A stretch of DNA of 64,000 nucleotides from an uncultured Anaerolineaceae bacterium (GTDB taxonomy: Bacteria > Chloroflexota > Anaerolineae > Anaerolineales > E44-bin32). The notes beneath the pieces are model-generated. The model was not told where the DNA came from. It ran no database searches and was given only the letters and a program-made list of their open reading frames with translations. Numbering within the stretch: position 1 is the first letter of the stretch; each line of letters begins with the position of its first letter. The stretch is taken from positions 2,985 to 66,984 of the forward strand of contig CAYYVY010000007.1 in assembly GCA_964475265.1 (NCBI GenBank), in the 5' to 3' direction. Both the position numbers and the translations under genes were made by a program. Below are positions 9,214-18,908 of the stretch, piece by piece.

Positions 9214-10100
9214 AGGAAGAGCAACGACGTGCATTGATCGCCATTCCGATCATCTTATTCATCGCCGCTGTTATCGCCATCGCCGGTAGTCAGGCGGGTT
9301 ACACCGTCGGGAAAGTGCCCGTATTCGCAACGTGCGTGGCGCTGGCGTTCATCATTCAGTGGATCGCTTTCATCCCAGCTTACCGCTCGCAAACCGAAAA
9401 ATTCTTCGACCTGACGGGCAGCCTGAGCTACATTAGTGTGGTCCTGCTGGCTTTGCTGCTCAGTCCTACGATCGACAGCCGCGCCTGGCTGCTGGCCGGT
9501 ATGGTCATGATCTGGGCGATACGTCTGGGAACGTTTCTCTTCCGACGTATCCTGGCCGCAGGCGAGGATCGCCGCTTCAGGGAGATCAAGGCATCCTTCG
9601 CCCGCTTTTTACTCACCTGGACCTTGCAGGGCCTGTGGGTCACGTTTTCGCTCGCCGCCGCGCTGGCGGCGATCACCGCAGAGTATCGAGTCGAACTCGG
9701 CGGTTTTGCCGTGCTGGGAGCACTGGTTTGGCTGTTGGGTATCGCCATCGAAGGGATTGCGGATTGGCAAAAAAGCAAATTTCGGGAAAACCCTGAGAAT
9801 GCCGGAAAATTCATCCGATCAGGCTTGTGGGCCTGGTCACGACACCCCAACTACTTCGGCGAGATCGTACTTTGGATCGGCGTGGCCATCGTTACGCTGC
9901 CGGTGCTGCGCGGCTGGCAGTGGCTGACGATGATTTCACCCATCTTTATATTTGTCTTACTCACGCGCATCAGCGGCGTACCGATGCTGGAAAAGCGCGC
10001 CGATGAAAAATGGGCTGGCCAAGCGGATTACGAAGCCTACAAGGCCAACACACCGGTCCTGATCCCACTGCCACCCAAAGATATTGCTTTTAAGTCCTGA
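9210..10100 (+). CDS. DUF1295 (steroid-5-alpha-reductase-like) membrane protein
   Basis: The motif 'GLWAWSRHPNYFGEIVLWIG' is present, and the protein is multi-TM. Confidence 0.8.
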   Translation: MKEEQRRALIAIPIILFIAAVIAIAGSQAGYTVGKVPVFATCVALAFIIQWIAFIPAYRSQTEKFFDLTGSLSYISVVLLALLLSPTIDSRAWLLAGMVMIWAIRLGTFLFRRILAAGEDRRFREIKASFARFLLTWTLQGLWVTFSLAAALAAITAEYRVELGGFAVLGALVWLLGIAIEGIADWQKSKFRENPENAGKFIRSGLWAWSRHPNYFGEIVLWIGVAIVTLPVLRGWQWLTMISPIFIFVLLTRISGVPMLEKRADEKWAGQADYEAYKANTPVLIPLPPKDIAFKS

Positions 10101-10187
10101 TGGCAGCAGTTCAAGAAATCCAGAATAACACATGGATATCTCCAACCCCGACGATCGACACGATTTGACCTAAAAGGAGATAGGACA

Positions 10188-10526
10188 ATGTTGGACACTT
10201 TAAAAATCATCGCTTGCGCAGCGACAATTATCACCGGTGCGGTCTCCCTTTTCTGGCCGCTGAAAGTGCTGGGTTTTACCGGACTGGAGGTAAACGGTGG
10301 ACGCGGCATCACTGAAATCCGGACCATCCTCGGTGCTCTTTTCATCGGTTTGGGTGCCGCCGTTCTCTACTTCAACACGCAGGAGACGTATCAGGTCCTC
10401 GGCATTACCTACATCACCATGGCGGTCATCCGAGGTATGGCGATGTTCGTGGAAAATGCTGTCGTTTCCTCGAACGTGATCAGCTTCCTCGCCGAACTCA
10501 TCTTTGGCGTTATCTTGGTATTGTAG
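10188..10526 (+). CDS. Small 4-TM membrane protein (DUF4345-like, tentative)
   Basis: 112-aa hydrophobic ORF with a strong ribosome-binding site (AGGAGATAGG). Stop codon is TAG. Confidence 0.5.
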   Translation: MLDTLKIIACAATIITGAVSLFWPLKVLGFTGLEVNGGRGITEIRTILGALFIGLGAAVLYFNTQETYQVLGITYITMAVIRGMAMFVENAVVSSNVISFLAELIFGVILVL

Positions 10527-10541
10527 ACGGAGAAGAATCGA

Positions 10542-10874
10542 ATGCGATACGCTAAGTTGATATCCGCTTGTGGAATCATCGCCATGACGGCGGTTTTAAT
10601 CTATGGATTCGCTGTCGGGGATTTCGGATCGGACAGTGCCAAGCTGCTTCGAAACCCATGGGGTGTGGTTTCCATGGTCGATCTGTACACCGGTTTCATC
10701 TTGTTCTCCGCATGGATCGTGTTCCGAGAGAAATCGATCGGTCGTGCCATCATCTGGGCGGCACTGATGATGGTGCTGGGATTTTTCACCGCCAGCGTTT
10801 ATGTTTTCCTCGCGCTGCACAGCAGCAACGGAGATTGGGGACGATTCTGGATGGGCTCACGGGAAGATGAATAA
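10542..10874 (+). CDS. DUF1475-like membrane protein
   Basis: 110-aa ORF containing 'NPWGVVSMVDLYTGFILFSAWIVFRE'. Confidence 0.55.
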   Translation: MRYAKLISACGIIAMTAVLIYGFAVGDFGSDSAKLLRNPWGVVSMVDLYTGFILFSAWIVFREKSIGRAIIWAALMMVLGFFTASVYVFLALHSSNGDWGRFWMGSREDE

Positions 10875-11544
10875 GCGCAGAGAGTTGATCGAAGAACTAA
10901 GCATGGTGTTCTCCGGAAGAGGCACCCGACTGCTTGATTCACTCCTTCCCTTATTGGTCTTTCTGATCGCCAATCCATTGCTGGGATTGAATCCCGCCCT
11001 GTGGGGAGCGTTAGGTGTGGCGGGCATCATGACGATCTTTCACATCTTTCGCCGTGAATCACTGCTCTATTGCCTTGCAGGTCTGGGCGGTGTGGTCCTT
11101 GCTGCCTTGTTCGTCAGAATCAGCGGCTCGGAGGCAGGATTTTTCTTCCCGGGGTTAATTTCAAGCGCCGTCACCATTCTAGTATGTGTCCTTAGTGTGG
11201 CTATTAAGCGACCGCTGGTGGCGTGGACCAGCTATGTCGTCCGGCGTTGGCCGCTGGACTGGTATTGGCATGCTAATGTTCTACCCGCTTATAACGAAGT
11301 CACGATGATCTGGACCGTCGTCTTTGCCACTCGGTTGGGTTTTGAGTTCTGGCTGTACCAGCGTGATTCACTCGACGCTTTGGGGGTTTCGAGAATCGTC
11401 CTCGGCTGGCCGCTCATCATCGTCTTGCTGATCGGCACATATCTCTACGGCTTGATGCGTTTGAGCCAGCTGCAGGGTCCTAGCGTCGAGGAATTCAAAG
11501 CTGGCGCGCAGCCACCATGGCAAGGTCAGAAGCGAGGGTTTTAA
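10867..11544 (+). CDS. DUF3159-like membrane protein
   Basis: The ATG at 10867 overlaps the preceding stop. 'LLDSLLPLLVFLIANPLLG' is followed by several TM helices. Confidence 0.55.
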   Translation: MNKRRELIEELSMVFSGRGTRLLDSLLPLLVFLIANPLLGLNPALWGALGVAGIMTIFHIFRRESLLYCLAGLGGVVLAALFVRISGSEAGFFFPGLISSAVTILVCVLSVAIKRPLVAWTSYVVRRWPLDWYWHANVLPAYNEVTMIWTVVFATRLGFEFWLYQRDSLDALGVSRIVLGWPLIIVLLIGTYLYGLMRLSQLQGPSVEEFKAGAQPPWQGQKRGF

Positions 11545-11584
11545 CCTTCGATATGCGTAACGGACGGCGCCTCGGTTTGCTGGC

Positions 11585-12037
11585 ATGAGATTATGGACGC
11601 TCCACCCTCGTTATTTAGACCGACAAGGATTACTCGCAGTGTGGCGAGAGGGACTGCTGGCTCAGGCTGTGTTGCAGGGAAAAACGCGAGGCTATAAAAA
11701 CCACCCCCAGTTGGTTCGTTTCAAGCAACATCCCGACCCTCTCGGCGCGATCGCATTCTATCTCTCGATCATCCATGAAGAGGCGACCAAGCGAGGCTAT
11801 CATTTCGATTCCACAAAATTCGATTTTAATAAGCGCCCAAAATCAGTTCCAGTCACCTCCGGTCAACTGGATTTTGAATTCAGGCATTTACAAAAGAAAT
11901 TAGAAAAACGCAGCCAAGAAGACTACGCCGCATTGCTAAAAGTTGAGCACATCGACAGCCATTCGTTATTTCGGATTTTGCCCGGAAAAACCGAAACCTG
12001 GGAGAAAGGGCCTAATCGATCCCTGGCAATCGGTTGA
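11585..12037 (+). CDS. Pyrimidine-dimer DNA glycosylase/endonuclease V-family protein
   Basis: The N-terminus 'MRLWTLHPRYLDRQGLLAVWREGLLAQAVL' is typical of this family. Confidence 0.7.
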   Translation: MRLWTLHPRYLDRQGLLAVWREGLLAQAVLQGKTRGYKNHPQLVRFKQHPDPLGAIAFYLSIIHEEATKRGYHFDSTKFDFNKRPKSVPVTSGQLDFEFRHLQKKLEKRSQEDYAALLKVEHIDSHSLFRILPGKTETWEKGPNRSLAIG

Positions 12038-12172
12038 ATACAAACCATCCCCATTCTGAATTAGGGTCAGAAGAGTTCCCCAAACATATCGTCGTGTCCT
12101 CCAAGTCGGCGACTTGCCTCGCCTTCTCCTGCGTGCTAGGATCGTAGCTAATTAGCGAAATCGGTTCTGCCC

Positions 12173-14212
12173 ATGAAGGCACGCATTATCCAACTGCTTA
12201 ATCAACCTGCCGTACAGGCGTGCATGGCGGCGACGATCGCCCTCTCCATCTATCTACGCACGCTGGCGCCGACCGTGATGTGGTACGACATGGGCGAGTT
12301 CGCTACAGCATCCTACATCCTCGGCATCGCCCACAACACCGGTTATCCGCTCTATATTCTATTAGGCAAATTGTTCACCTACCTGCCCATCGGCGACGTT
12401 GCCTACCGCGTGAATTTAATGTCCGCGGTTTTCGCCGCACTGACGGTGTTCGTGATCTTCCTCATCGTCGAACGACTCACCCAGAAGCGAAGCGCCGCGT
12501 GGCTTGCCGCTCTGACGGCCGCCTTCTCATCAACGTTGTGGTCCAACGCCACCTGGGCGGAATCTTACGACCTGAATGCCTTCCTTACCGTGCTCATATT
12601 TTGGTTTTTGCTTCGCTGGTTGGAAGGCGGTCAGCGCAAGTTCATCTACCTCGCCGGTCTACTTTTCGGATTGAGTTTGGGCAATCACCGCTTGATCCTG
12701 ATTCTCTTCATCCCCGCCGTCTATCTGGTTTGGCACATGATTCGCAGCGGGAAAGACCGTATGGATTGGAAAGGTCTGGCCGTCATCATCGGGTTCATCT
12801 TACTTGGCTTCAGCATCAACCTCTATCTGCCCCTGCGCGCCGCGCAGCAGCCGGCCTACATGTGGGCGGACGCCTCGGATCCACAAACGCTGCTGCGCAT
12901 GCTCTTCGTCGGTGCGACCGATCGCAGCGCCTTCATTAACCCCTTTCGGAACATCGCCACTCTGCGGATTTGGTCGATTACTCTCACCAGGTTCCCCGCA
13001 TACGAACTGACCGTATCCGGCCTCTTACTGGCGGCTTTCGGCGCCTTCTCGCTTCTTCGAAGGAAACGCCCTGTATTTTACGTAAGCGGGTTGGCCATTT
13101 TGTCGACACTGGTGATGGTCTCCATTTACGGAATACACAACATTTTCAATTACTTCCTGCCGATCTACCTCTTTCTGACCATCTGGATCGGCCCCGGCGG
13201 AGCTCAACTCGTCGAGTGGATTCAAAACAGTCTGCCGAGCAGACTTGATTCTCGACTCACATTTCTTACCCCATTGCATCGCCAGGGGATGTTAATACTG
13301 CTCATGCTTCTCGTCCCTTTCACGCTTCTGTTGAGGAACTTCGCTCCACTCGACCGCAGCCAACACCGGCACGCAGGCGATTTTGCCCATTACCTTTTCT
13401 CGAAACTGGAAGACAACAGCATCGTTCTGGCGGATTTCTGGTCCTGGGCGCCGTTGATGTATACCCAACTGGTTGAGGGTGAAGGATCGCAGATTGCGGT
13501 GCTACCTGCACTCTCCGATTCGGACGTCGATCAGAACCAATTCCTGGATGTGTTACAAGAGGCGGGCGCCAGCGTTTATGTGGCCGTCAGCGCGGAGGAC
13601 ACCCCGCGCCTGCAAATTGAGCCGCAGCGGCTGCAGCTCGTGGCCCCGTACGTGATTCAGGGTATGACCACGCCGTGGCAGCCGCTCCCGGAGTACAAAG
13701 ACCTCCTGGTCCCCAGCGGCATGCTTTACCGGGCCGTGAGTCACCTGCCGGATCTAACCATCGACGAATCGCGCATAGAAAATCCCATGGATGTTGATTA
13801 CTCCGGAGAATTGTCCCTGGTGGGTTTCAGCATACGGCCGACCAGGATCAAACCGGGCGAAAGTTTCCTAGCTACCTACGATTGGCGGCTGCAACAAGAT
13901 ACGAACACCAACTTCTGGGTTGACGTCCTCTTTACCGACGAAGAAGGGAACGTAATCACCGAATCCGGATTCCCACTCTGGCTGCACAGCCACTGGATCG
14001 GCGCCCGGGCAAATCCAACCTCGACGTGGCAAGTGGGGGAAATCTATCGAGAATTGCTGGACGGCATCGTTCCCAGAGAGATCCCCGCGGGCACCTACCA
14101 GATCCGCGCTTTCCTCTATCGCGGCATCCGGGAAATGCCCGTCGAGCCTGATGGAGCCGAGTCAGACCAGGAAGGTACAACGCTGGGGATAATTCAAGTC
14201 CTCGAGGATTAA
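12173..14212 (+). CDS. DUF2723 (TMEM260-like, GT-C fold) membrane glycosyltransferase-like protein
   Basis: 679 aa. The N-terminal half is multi-TM and carries 'WYDMGEFATASYILGIAHNTGYPLYILLGK'. The C-terminal half is soluble. Confidence 0.7.
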   Translation: MKARIIQLLNQPAVQACMAATIALSIYLRTLAPTVMWYDMGEFATASYILGIAHNTGYPLYILLGKLFTYLPIGDVAYRVNLMSAVFAALTVFVIFLIVERLTQKRSAAWLAALTAAFSSTLWSNATWAESYDLNAFLTVLIFWFLLRWLEGGQRKFIYLAGLLFGLSLGNHRLILILFIPAVYLVWHMIRSGKDRMDWKGLAVIIGFILLGFSINLYLPLRAAQQPAYMWADASDPQTLLRMLFVGATDRSAFINPFRNIATLRIWSITLTRFPAYELTVSGLLLAAFGAFSLLRRKRPVFYVSGLAILSTLVMVSIYGIHNIFNYFLPIYLFLTIWIGPGGAQLVEWIQNSLPSRLDSRLTFLTPLHRQGMLILLMLLVPFTLLLRNFAPLDRSQHRHAGDFAHYLFSKLEDNSIVLADFWSWAPLMYTQLVEGEGSQIAVLPALSDSDVDQNQFLDVLQEAGASVYVAVSAEDTPRLQIEPQRLQLVAPYVIQGMTTPWQPLPEYKDLLVPSGMLYRAVSHLPDLTIDESRIENPMDVDYSGELSLVGFSIRPTRIKPGESFLATYDWRLQQDTNTNFWVDVLFTDEEGNVITESGFPLWLHSHWIGARANPTSTWQVGEIYRELLDGIVPREIPAGTYQIRAFLYRGIREMPVEPDGAESDQEGTTLGIIQVLED

Positions 14213-14214
14213 AT

Positions 14215-14253
14215 CACAAAGATCCCTTCACACCGGGTTCCGGGATCTTTGTG
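14215..14253. terminator. Bidirectional hairpin terminator between convergent genes
   Basis: A perfect 12-bp stem, CACAAAGATCCC (14215..14226) pairing with GGGATCTTTGTG (14242..14253), with a 15-nt loop. It lies between the stop of the DUF2723 gene (14212) and the stop of the pilin gene (14273). Confidence 0.7.
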
Positions 14254-14272
14254 GTCTGTTCTTCAAACACTT

Positions 14273-14617
14273 CTAGGGTTGGGTTACGTTGCCATCCGTA
14301 TCCCAGCTATAGGTGAACTCGGTCGGCAGTGAGCGCAGATAGCTGCAGAAATCGCAATCCGTATCGGCAGTTGCGATCGTGGCTGCGACTGCCCGTGCCG
14401 TGATGGTCGTGGTGTCCGGATAGTTCGTCGCCAGGTAAATATCGACGGCGGTCTGGACCTGATCCAACTCGGCAGCCTTGGTGTTGGTGGTCGCCGAGGT
14501 GCTCAAACCGTTCAGCGCCAGAGTGACGATGCCGAACAACACGCCCATGATGGCGATGGTCACCAGCAATTCGACCAGTGTAAAACCTTCTTCATTTCGC
14601 TGTAGTCTTTTCAACAT
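14273..14617 (-). CDS. Type IV (major) pilin with prepilin N-terminal methylation motif
   Basis: 'NEEG|FTLVELLVTIAIMGVLFGIV' is the class III signal peptide. The C-terminal part is rich in Thr and Ala. Stop codon is TAG. Confidence 0.85.
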   Translation of the reverse strand: MLKRLQRNEEGFTLVELLVTIAIMGVLFGIVTLALNGLSTSATTNTKAAELDQVQTAVDIYLATNYPDTTTITARAVAATIATADTDCDFCSYLRSLPTEFTYSWDTDGNVTQP

Positions 14618-14821
14618 TGGAACACCTCCACTCCAATTTCGTGATTACGACATAATTCAACGAGTGATAATTAAACCGCATTCGATACATAGAAATCGAT
14701 CCCAATGTCCCTCCTTTTTCAGGTTCACATATGCGTAGTATTGCACACAATTCCTCAATTCACCCTTACAAGAGCCTTTCAGTCCATTATCACTATTTCA
14801 CACATAAATTCGCTACATGGT

Positions 14822-15883
14822 TCAGCCGCGCTCGATCAGGGCGCGCAGCGCTTCGCCGTCGTTGGCAACTGCATACGCTTCTTCCCGGGAAATCGCCTTC
14901 CGCTGCAATAAATTGTTGAGTGCTTGTTCGAGAGTCTGCATCCCCTCCTGCCCGGCGGTTTGCAGCACGCTGGCCATCTGATGCGTTTTCCCCTCGCGTA
15001 TCAGGTTGCGAATTGCCGTATTGACCAGCATCACTTCCACGGCTGCCACGCGGCCTTCCGCAGCCAAACGAGGTAACAGGGTTTGGGAGAGAACCGCTTC
15101 CAACGTCAGGGAAAGCTGCATGCGGACTTGGCTCTGCTGATGCGGGGGAAAGGAATCGATGATGCGATCGATCGTCGACGGCGCGCCGCTGGTGTGCAGC
15201 GTCGAAAGCACCATGTGGCCGGTCTCGGCGGCTGTGAGGCATGCCGCCATCGTCTCTGGATCACGCATTTCCCCGACCAGGATGACATCCACATCCTGGC
15301 GCAGAGCAGCTCGCAGCGCGGCCGCGAAGGACTGCGTATCCCTGCCGACCTCGCGCTGTGTGATCACGCAGCGCTTATCTCGATAGATAAATTCGATCGG
15401 ATCTTCGATCGTCACGATGAGGCGCGGATCGTGCTGGTTGAGGTGTTCGATCATAGCGGCCAGCGTGGTCGATTTCCCACTGCCGGTCGGTCCGGTGACG
15501 AGGATCAGACCGCGCGGCTTGAGCGCCAAGGTTTTACATATCGCGGGGAGCTCCAAATCGTCGATGCTCGGCACTGCGACGGCGACACGGCGGAACGCCA
15601 GGCTGATGCTGCCGCGCTGTACGCTGGCATTAACCCGATAGCGAGCCGCTTCGGGCAGCGTGTAGGAAAAATCCAGGTCTCGGCTTGCTGCGAATCGCTG
15701 CCGGGTGCCATCGTCACTAACGTGTTCGAAGGCCTTCATGGTCGCATCCGCCGTAAGTGGTTCTTGATCGGACGCTGGAACGAGTTTGCCGTGCACCCGA
15801 TAGATGGGCGGCGAACCTGCGCGCAAATGAAGATCGGAAGCCCCGATCTCGACCGTAAATTTCAACAATGAATCGATGTCCAT
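14822..15883 (-). CDS. pilT: Type IV pilus retraction ATPase PilT
   Basis: Start 'MDIDSLLKF...GASDLHL', Walker A 'GPTGSGKST' and 'ILVGEMRD' are present. Length is about 353 aa. Confidence 0.9.
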   Translation of the reverse strand: MDIDSLLKFTVEIGASDLHLRAGSPPIYRVHGKLVPASDQEPLTADATMKAFEHVSDDGTRQRFAASRDLDFSYTLPEAARYRVNASVQRGSISLAFRRVAVAVPSIDDLELPAICKTLALKPRGLILVTGPTGSGKSTTLAAMIEHLNQHDPRLIVTIEDPIEFIYRDKRCVITQREVGRDTQSFAAALRAALRQDVDVILVGEMRDPETMAACLTAAETGHMVLSTLHTSGAPSTIDRIIDSFPPHQQSQVRMQLSLTLEAVLSQTLLPRLAAEGRVAAVEVMLVNTAIRNLIREGKTHQMASVLQTAGQEGMQTLEQALNNLLQRKAISREEAYAVANDGEALRALIERG

Positions 15884-15890
15884 GGCAATC

Positions 15891-16637
15891 CTACCCAGAC
15901 CACCAACGAATGATTTGCTCACCATAAAACAGCGTCGTCATCGCGCCCAACGTCAAGAAGGGTGCGAATGCAACCGGATCTCGCCTCCCAATTCGACCCG
16001 CGGCCAGCAAAACGCCGGAAATCAAACCGCCCAAGACGAACGATAAAAACAAGGCTAAAAGTACATTGGGGAAACCAACGACCAAACCAATGAATCCCAT
16101 CAATTTAACGTCACCCATTCCCATCCCTGCCGGGTAGATAATCGCCAGAAGCAACAATAAACCGAAACCGAGCAAACCACCCAACAAGCGTTCGCCAAGC
16201 GGCGGTTCCGGGAAGATCAATGCAGCGATCAAAGCAAACCCAATTGCGGGATAAACAATGCGGTTGAAAATCTTGTGCTGTTCCAGATCGATGACCAGCG
16301 TGACGATCAAGATGGCGCTGCAGCAGGCGACGAATCCCGCATAGGCACTCGATGAAAATCGCAACCAAATCAGAACGAAGAGTACGCCCGTCCCCACTTC
16401 AACCCAGAGGCAGCGCGGCGGAATCGGCGCCTGGCAGTAACGGCATCGTCCCCGGCGGATCAGGTAACTGAGGACGGGAATCAAATCCATGGCCCTCAAT
16501 CGCCGCCCACAAGCATCACATTGCGATGCTGGCGAGACGATCGACTCACCCTTGGGCAAACGGTCGATACATACGTTCAGGAAGCTGCCGATCGCTGTTC
16601 CCAGCAAAGCGAATAGGAGCGCCGTCATCGGGCTCAC
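15891..16637 (-). CDS. pilD: Prepilin peptidase (A24 family)
   Basis: Cys-rich N-terminal motif 'CDACGRRL...CRYCQ' is present. There are multiple TM helices, including 'GMGMGDVKLMGFIG'. The GTG at 16637 overlaps the pilM stop; the ATG at 16628 is an alternative start. Confidence 0.9.
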   Translation of the reverse strand: MSPMTALLFALLGTAIGSFLNVCIDRLPKGESIVSPASQCDACGRRLRAMDLIPVLSYLIRRGRCRYCQAPIPPRCLWVEVGTGVLFVLIWLRFSSSAYAGFVACCSAILIVTLVIDLEQHKIFNRIVYPAIGFALIAALIFPEPPLGERLLGGLLGFGLLLLLAIIYPAGMGMGDVKLMGFIGLVVGFPNVLLALFLSFVLGGLISGVLLAAGRIGRRDPVAFAPFLTLGAMTTLFYGEQIIRWWSG

Positions 16638-17509
16638 ACCTTTTTCATCGCCAAACCCAGATTGGCGGCATAGGTTGCCACAGGAAATCCCTCGGGCAAG
16701 CGCATGGGAGGCTGTGGGGTCTGGATGTGAAAAGATACTTTCGATTTCAACAATTCGATCATCTTCGGATCGTCGAATGGCGCTCCGGTCACAAACACCG
16801 GCGTACGTGGACCCAAGGGATGATCCCGGTTGCTGTCGTTGTGAAATTGGACCGTGCGGGTGAGCTCCAGCGACAGCCGATCGACGGCCGCGGCTGCGTT
16901 TGGTTTTCCATCCCCTTGCGGCATACTGCGTACGATCACCGGTACGCCCTCAACGACGATAATCACACCGATACCTTGCTCTTCTAGATTGACGATGATC
17001 GCGTTGCTTTGATGGACCGCACGGATGAGCGCCAGTGGCTTTAAATCCATGACGCTGGGTTTGATTTTCGCAGCCCGCATTGCCTCCACCTGGCGGTCGA
17101 TCACCAATCGCGGTACGGCCAAGGCGTACACCAGAATCTGGTCCCCCTCCTGCCGGACGATTTCCCAGGACAGATATGTCTCATCGAGAGGCAGCGGCAT
17201 CTCCTGCTTGGCCTTGCGCCGAACCGCATCATCCAGCAGATCGGCTTTGATCTCCGGCAATGTAAGCAAGCGCGATACCGAGCGATGCCCGGTAACGCTG
17301 GTTACGACCCGACGCCTGGAGGCTTTGTTCATGCTCAGGAAACGCGCCAGTCCTGCACCCATTCGCTCGCTTTCCTGGATCACGCCCTGATCCATCAGCT
17401 CCGGAGAGACGGAGACGGTCGACCAACGCAGGACGCGCTTGCCCCGGACGACGAGCAACCGAATATCACGTCCGTCGAAATCCAACGTAACGATCTTTCT
17501 ACCAAACAA
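16634..17509 (-). CDS. pilM: PilM-like actin-fold pilus assembly protein
   Basis: 291 aa. The TTG start follows a GGAGGA ribosome-binding site. The sequence is PilM-like ('VTLDFDGRDIRLLVV...') and the gene sits within the T4P operon. Confidence 0.75.
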   Translation of the reverse strand: MFGRKIVTLDFDGRDIRLLVVRGKRVLRWSTVSVSPELMDQGVIQESERMGAGLARFLSMNKASRRRVVTSVTGHRSVSRLLTLPEIKADLLDDAVRRKAKQEMPLPLDETYLSWEIVRQEGDQILVYALAVPRLVIDRQVEAMRAAKIKPSVMDLKPLALIRAVHQSNAIIVNLEEQGIGVIIVVEGVPVIVRSMPQGDGKPNAAAAVDRLSLELTRTVQFHNDSNRDHPLGPRTPVFVTGAPFDDPKMIELLKSKVSFHIQTPQPPMRLPEGFPVATYAANLGLAMKKV

Positions 17510-17566
17510 GGGATTCCTCCTTACGCTCGGTTACGAGCGCACTACACGACGAACGAAACAAGTGCA

Positions 17567-18139
17567 TCATTCGGCCTCCAGCAGTGTGACGGCGGCGATG
17601 CGGACGTTGAAATTACAAACTCCCAGGCCGGGTTCGATGTCGACGTTGTTAAGCGCCAGGGTTTCCAGTCCTTCGCTTTCCAGGCTGGACAAGTAAACCA
17701 GGCATTGCGCAAGATCCGCAGAAGAAACAACGCTGTAACTCGTAATTTCAAGCGAACCAAAAACCGTGGATTGAATCTCCGCTCCTATGCGGTGAATACT
17801 GATCAAGTCTACGTCGCCCGCAAGCGCCAGGGTATATCCTCGCCGGTATAAGTCGAACGACGTTTCAATTCCCGGAAAGATCTCTTCGAGCGCCACCAGG
17901 TCGCTTTGTGCGGCGCGCAATTCTTCCTGGAGTTCCTGCAGACCCTCGCTGTCGGCTTCTTGCAGGAGCTTCACGTTTGAGGCGAGCGCCTGCACCTGCT
18001 GCGCCAACCGTTGGCTCAGCCGTTCCTTCTGAAATTTCCCACCCAACAGCAGCAGGTTCGCGCCGGCAAACACCATCGTAAAACCCAGCACGATCCAGGT
18101 AGGGTTTTCTTTTAGCCAATTCCAGACTCTTTTCAACAT
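17567..18139 (-). CDS. Bitopic coiled-coil membrane protein (PilO-like by position)
   Basis: The ATG at 18139 follows a GGGAGAGGG ribosome-binding site. One N-terminal TM helix is followed by a coiled coil and an alpha/beta C-terminus. The gene lies between the pilN-like gene and pilM. Confidence 0.45.
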   Translation of the reverse strand: MLKRVWNWLKENPTWIVLGFTMVFAGANLLLLGGKFQKERLSQRLAQQVQALASNVKLLQEADSEGLQELQEELRAAQSDLVALEEIFPGIETSFDLYRRGYTLALAGDVDLISIHRIGAEIQSTVFGSLEITSYSVVSSADLAQCLVYLSSLESEGLETLALNNVDIEPGLGVCNFNVRIAAVTLLEAE

Positions 18140-18241
18140 ATCAACCCTCTCCCTGCGTACTGCGGCGTCGTTCCCATGAACAGCGCATGTCACCGCGGCG
18201 GTTAGGTCGCGCAACTCCGTTTACAAATACGGTCTTCGCCA

Positions 18242-18889
18242 TCATGGATTCTCCTCCCCGTCGCCCAGATCGAGCATGATTTCGAATTGATACACCGGCG
18301 TTGAAACAGACGTGACGATTTCCTCGGTTTCGGCGGCTGTTTCCTCGGGTAACTGCTGGATCATGTATTCGATGCGGGCGTCGACGAAGAGGCCGGTTTC
18401 CATGAGGTCATCCATCAGATTCGGCGGCAGACGGCGGTTGTCTGCCAGGCCTACAATGAGAACTTCATTATCGAGCTGGCTGATACTGACGAGTTCCACG
18501 CCCTGCGGGATCGTGTCCACGATGGACTGCAGAATCTCACTCCAGATGAAATCCTGGATCACAGCGTTCTCGGCAACCGCTTCAATCTCCAGACTTTGAT
18601 TCTGTACATCCTCGATCTGCGCCAGAAGTTCATCTTTCTCCGCCAATAGCGGTTGGTACTCATCGAGAACCCTTTGAATCCCGGCGAGTTTTAATTCTTG
18701 CCGCTTCAAGGCTACGTCGGCCCGGCTGTAAACCACGTAGCTTGGATAGATTAAGCCGACAAATGCCAGCATTATCAGCCAAAGTCTTAAAGTGCGCAGC
18801 GACAGCCTGCGACGGCGATAACGCGGCGGAAGAATGTTCAGATCCAGATTGTTCGCTTGCCTGTCTGCTTTCTTCTTTGCTGCATCCAT
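18242..18889 (-). CDS. PilN-like bitopic pilus assembly protein
   Basis: A short basic N-terminus ('LNILPPRYRRRR') is followed by one TM helix and a coiled coil. This topology is typical of PilN. Confidence 0.55.
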   Translation of the reverse strand: MDAAKKKADRQANNLDLNILPPRYRRRRLSLRTLRLWLIMLAFVGLIYPSYVVYSRADVALKRQELKLAGIQRVLDEYQPLLAEKDELLAQIEDVQNQSLEIEAVAENAVIQDFIWSEILQSIVDTIPQGVELVSISQLDNEVLIVGLADNRRLPPNLMDDLMETGLFVDARIEYMIQQLPEETAAETEEIVTSVSTPVYQFEIMLDLGDGEENP

Positions 18890-18908
18890 AGCTGGATTTC
18901 CGCTCCTC

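Noticed and set aside
14618-14821. Sigma54 (GG-N10-GC) or strong sigma70 promoter for the pilin gene
   Set aside because: I scanned the spacer on the minus strand. I found no TGGCAC-N5-TTGC-like element and no -35/-10 pair with correct spacing, so no promoter was called.
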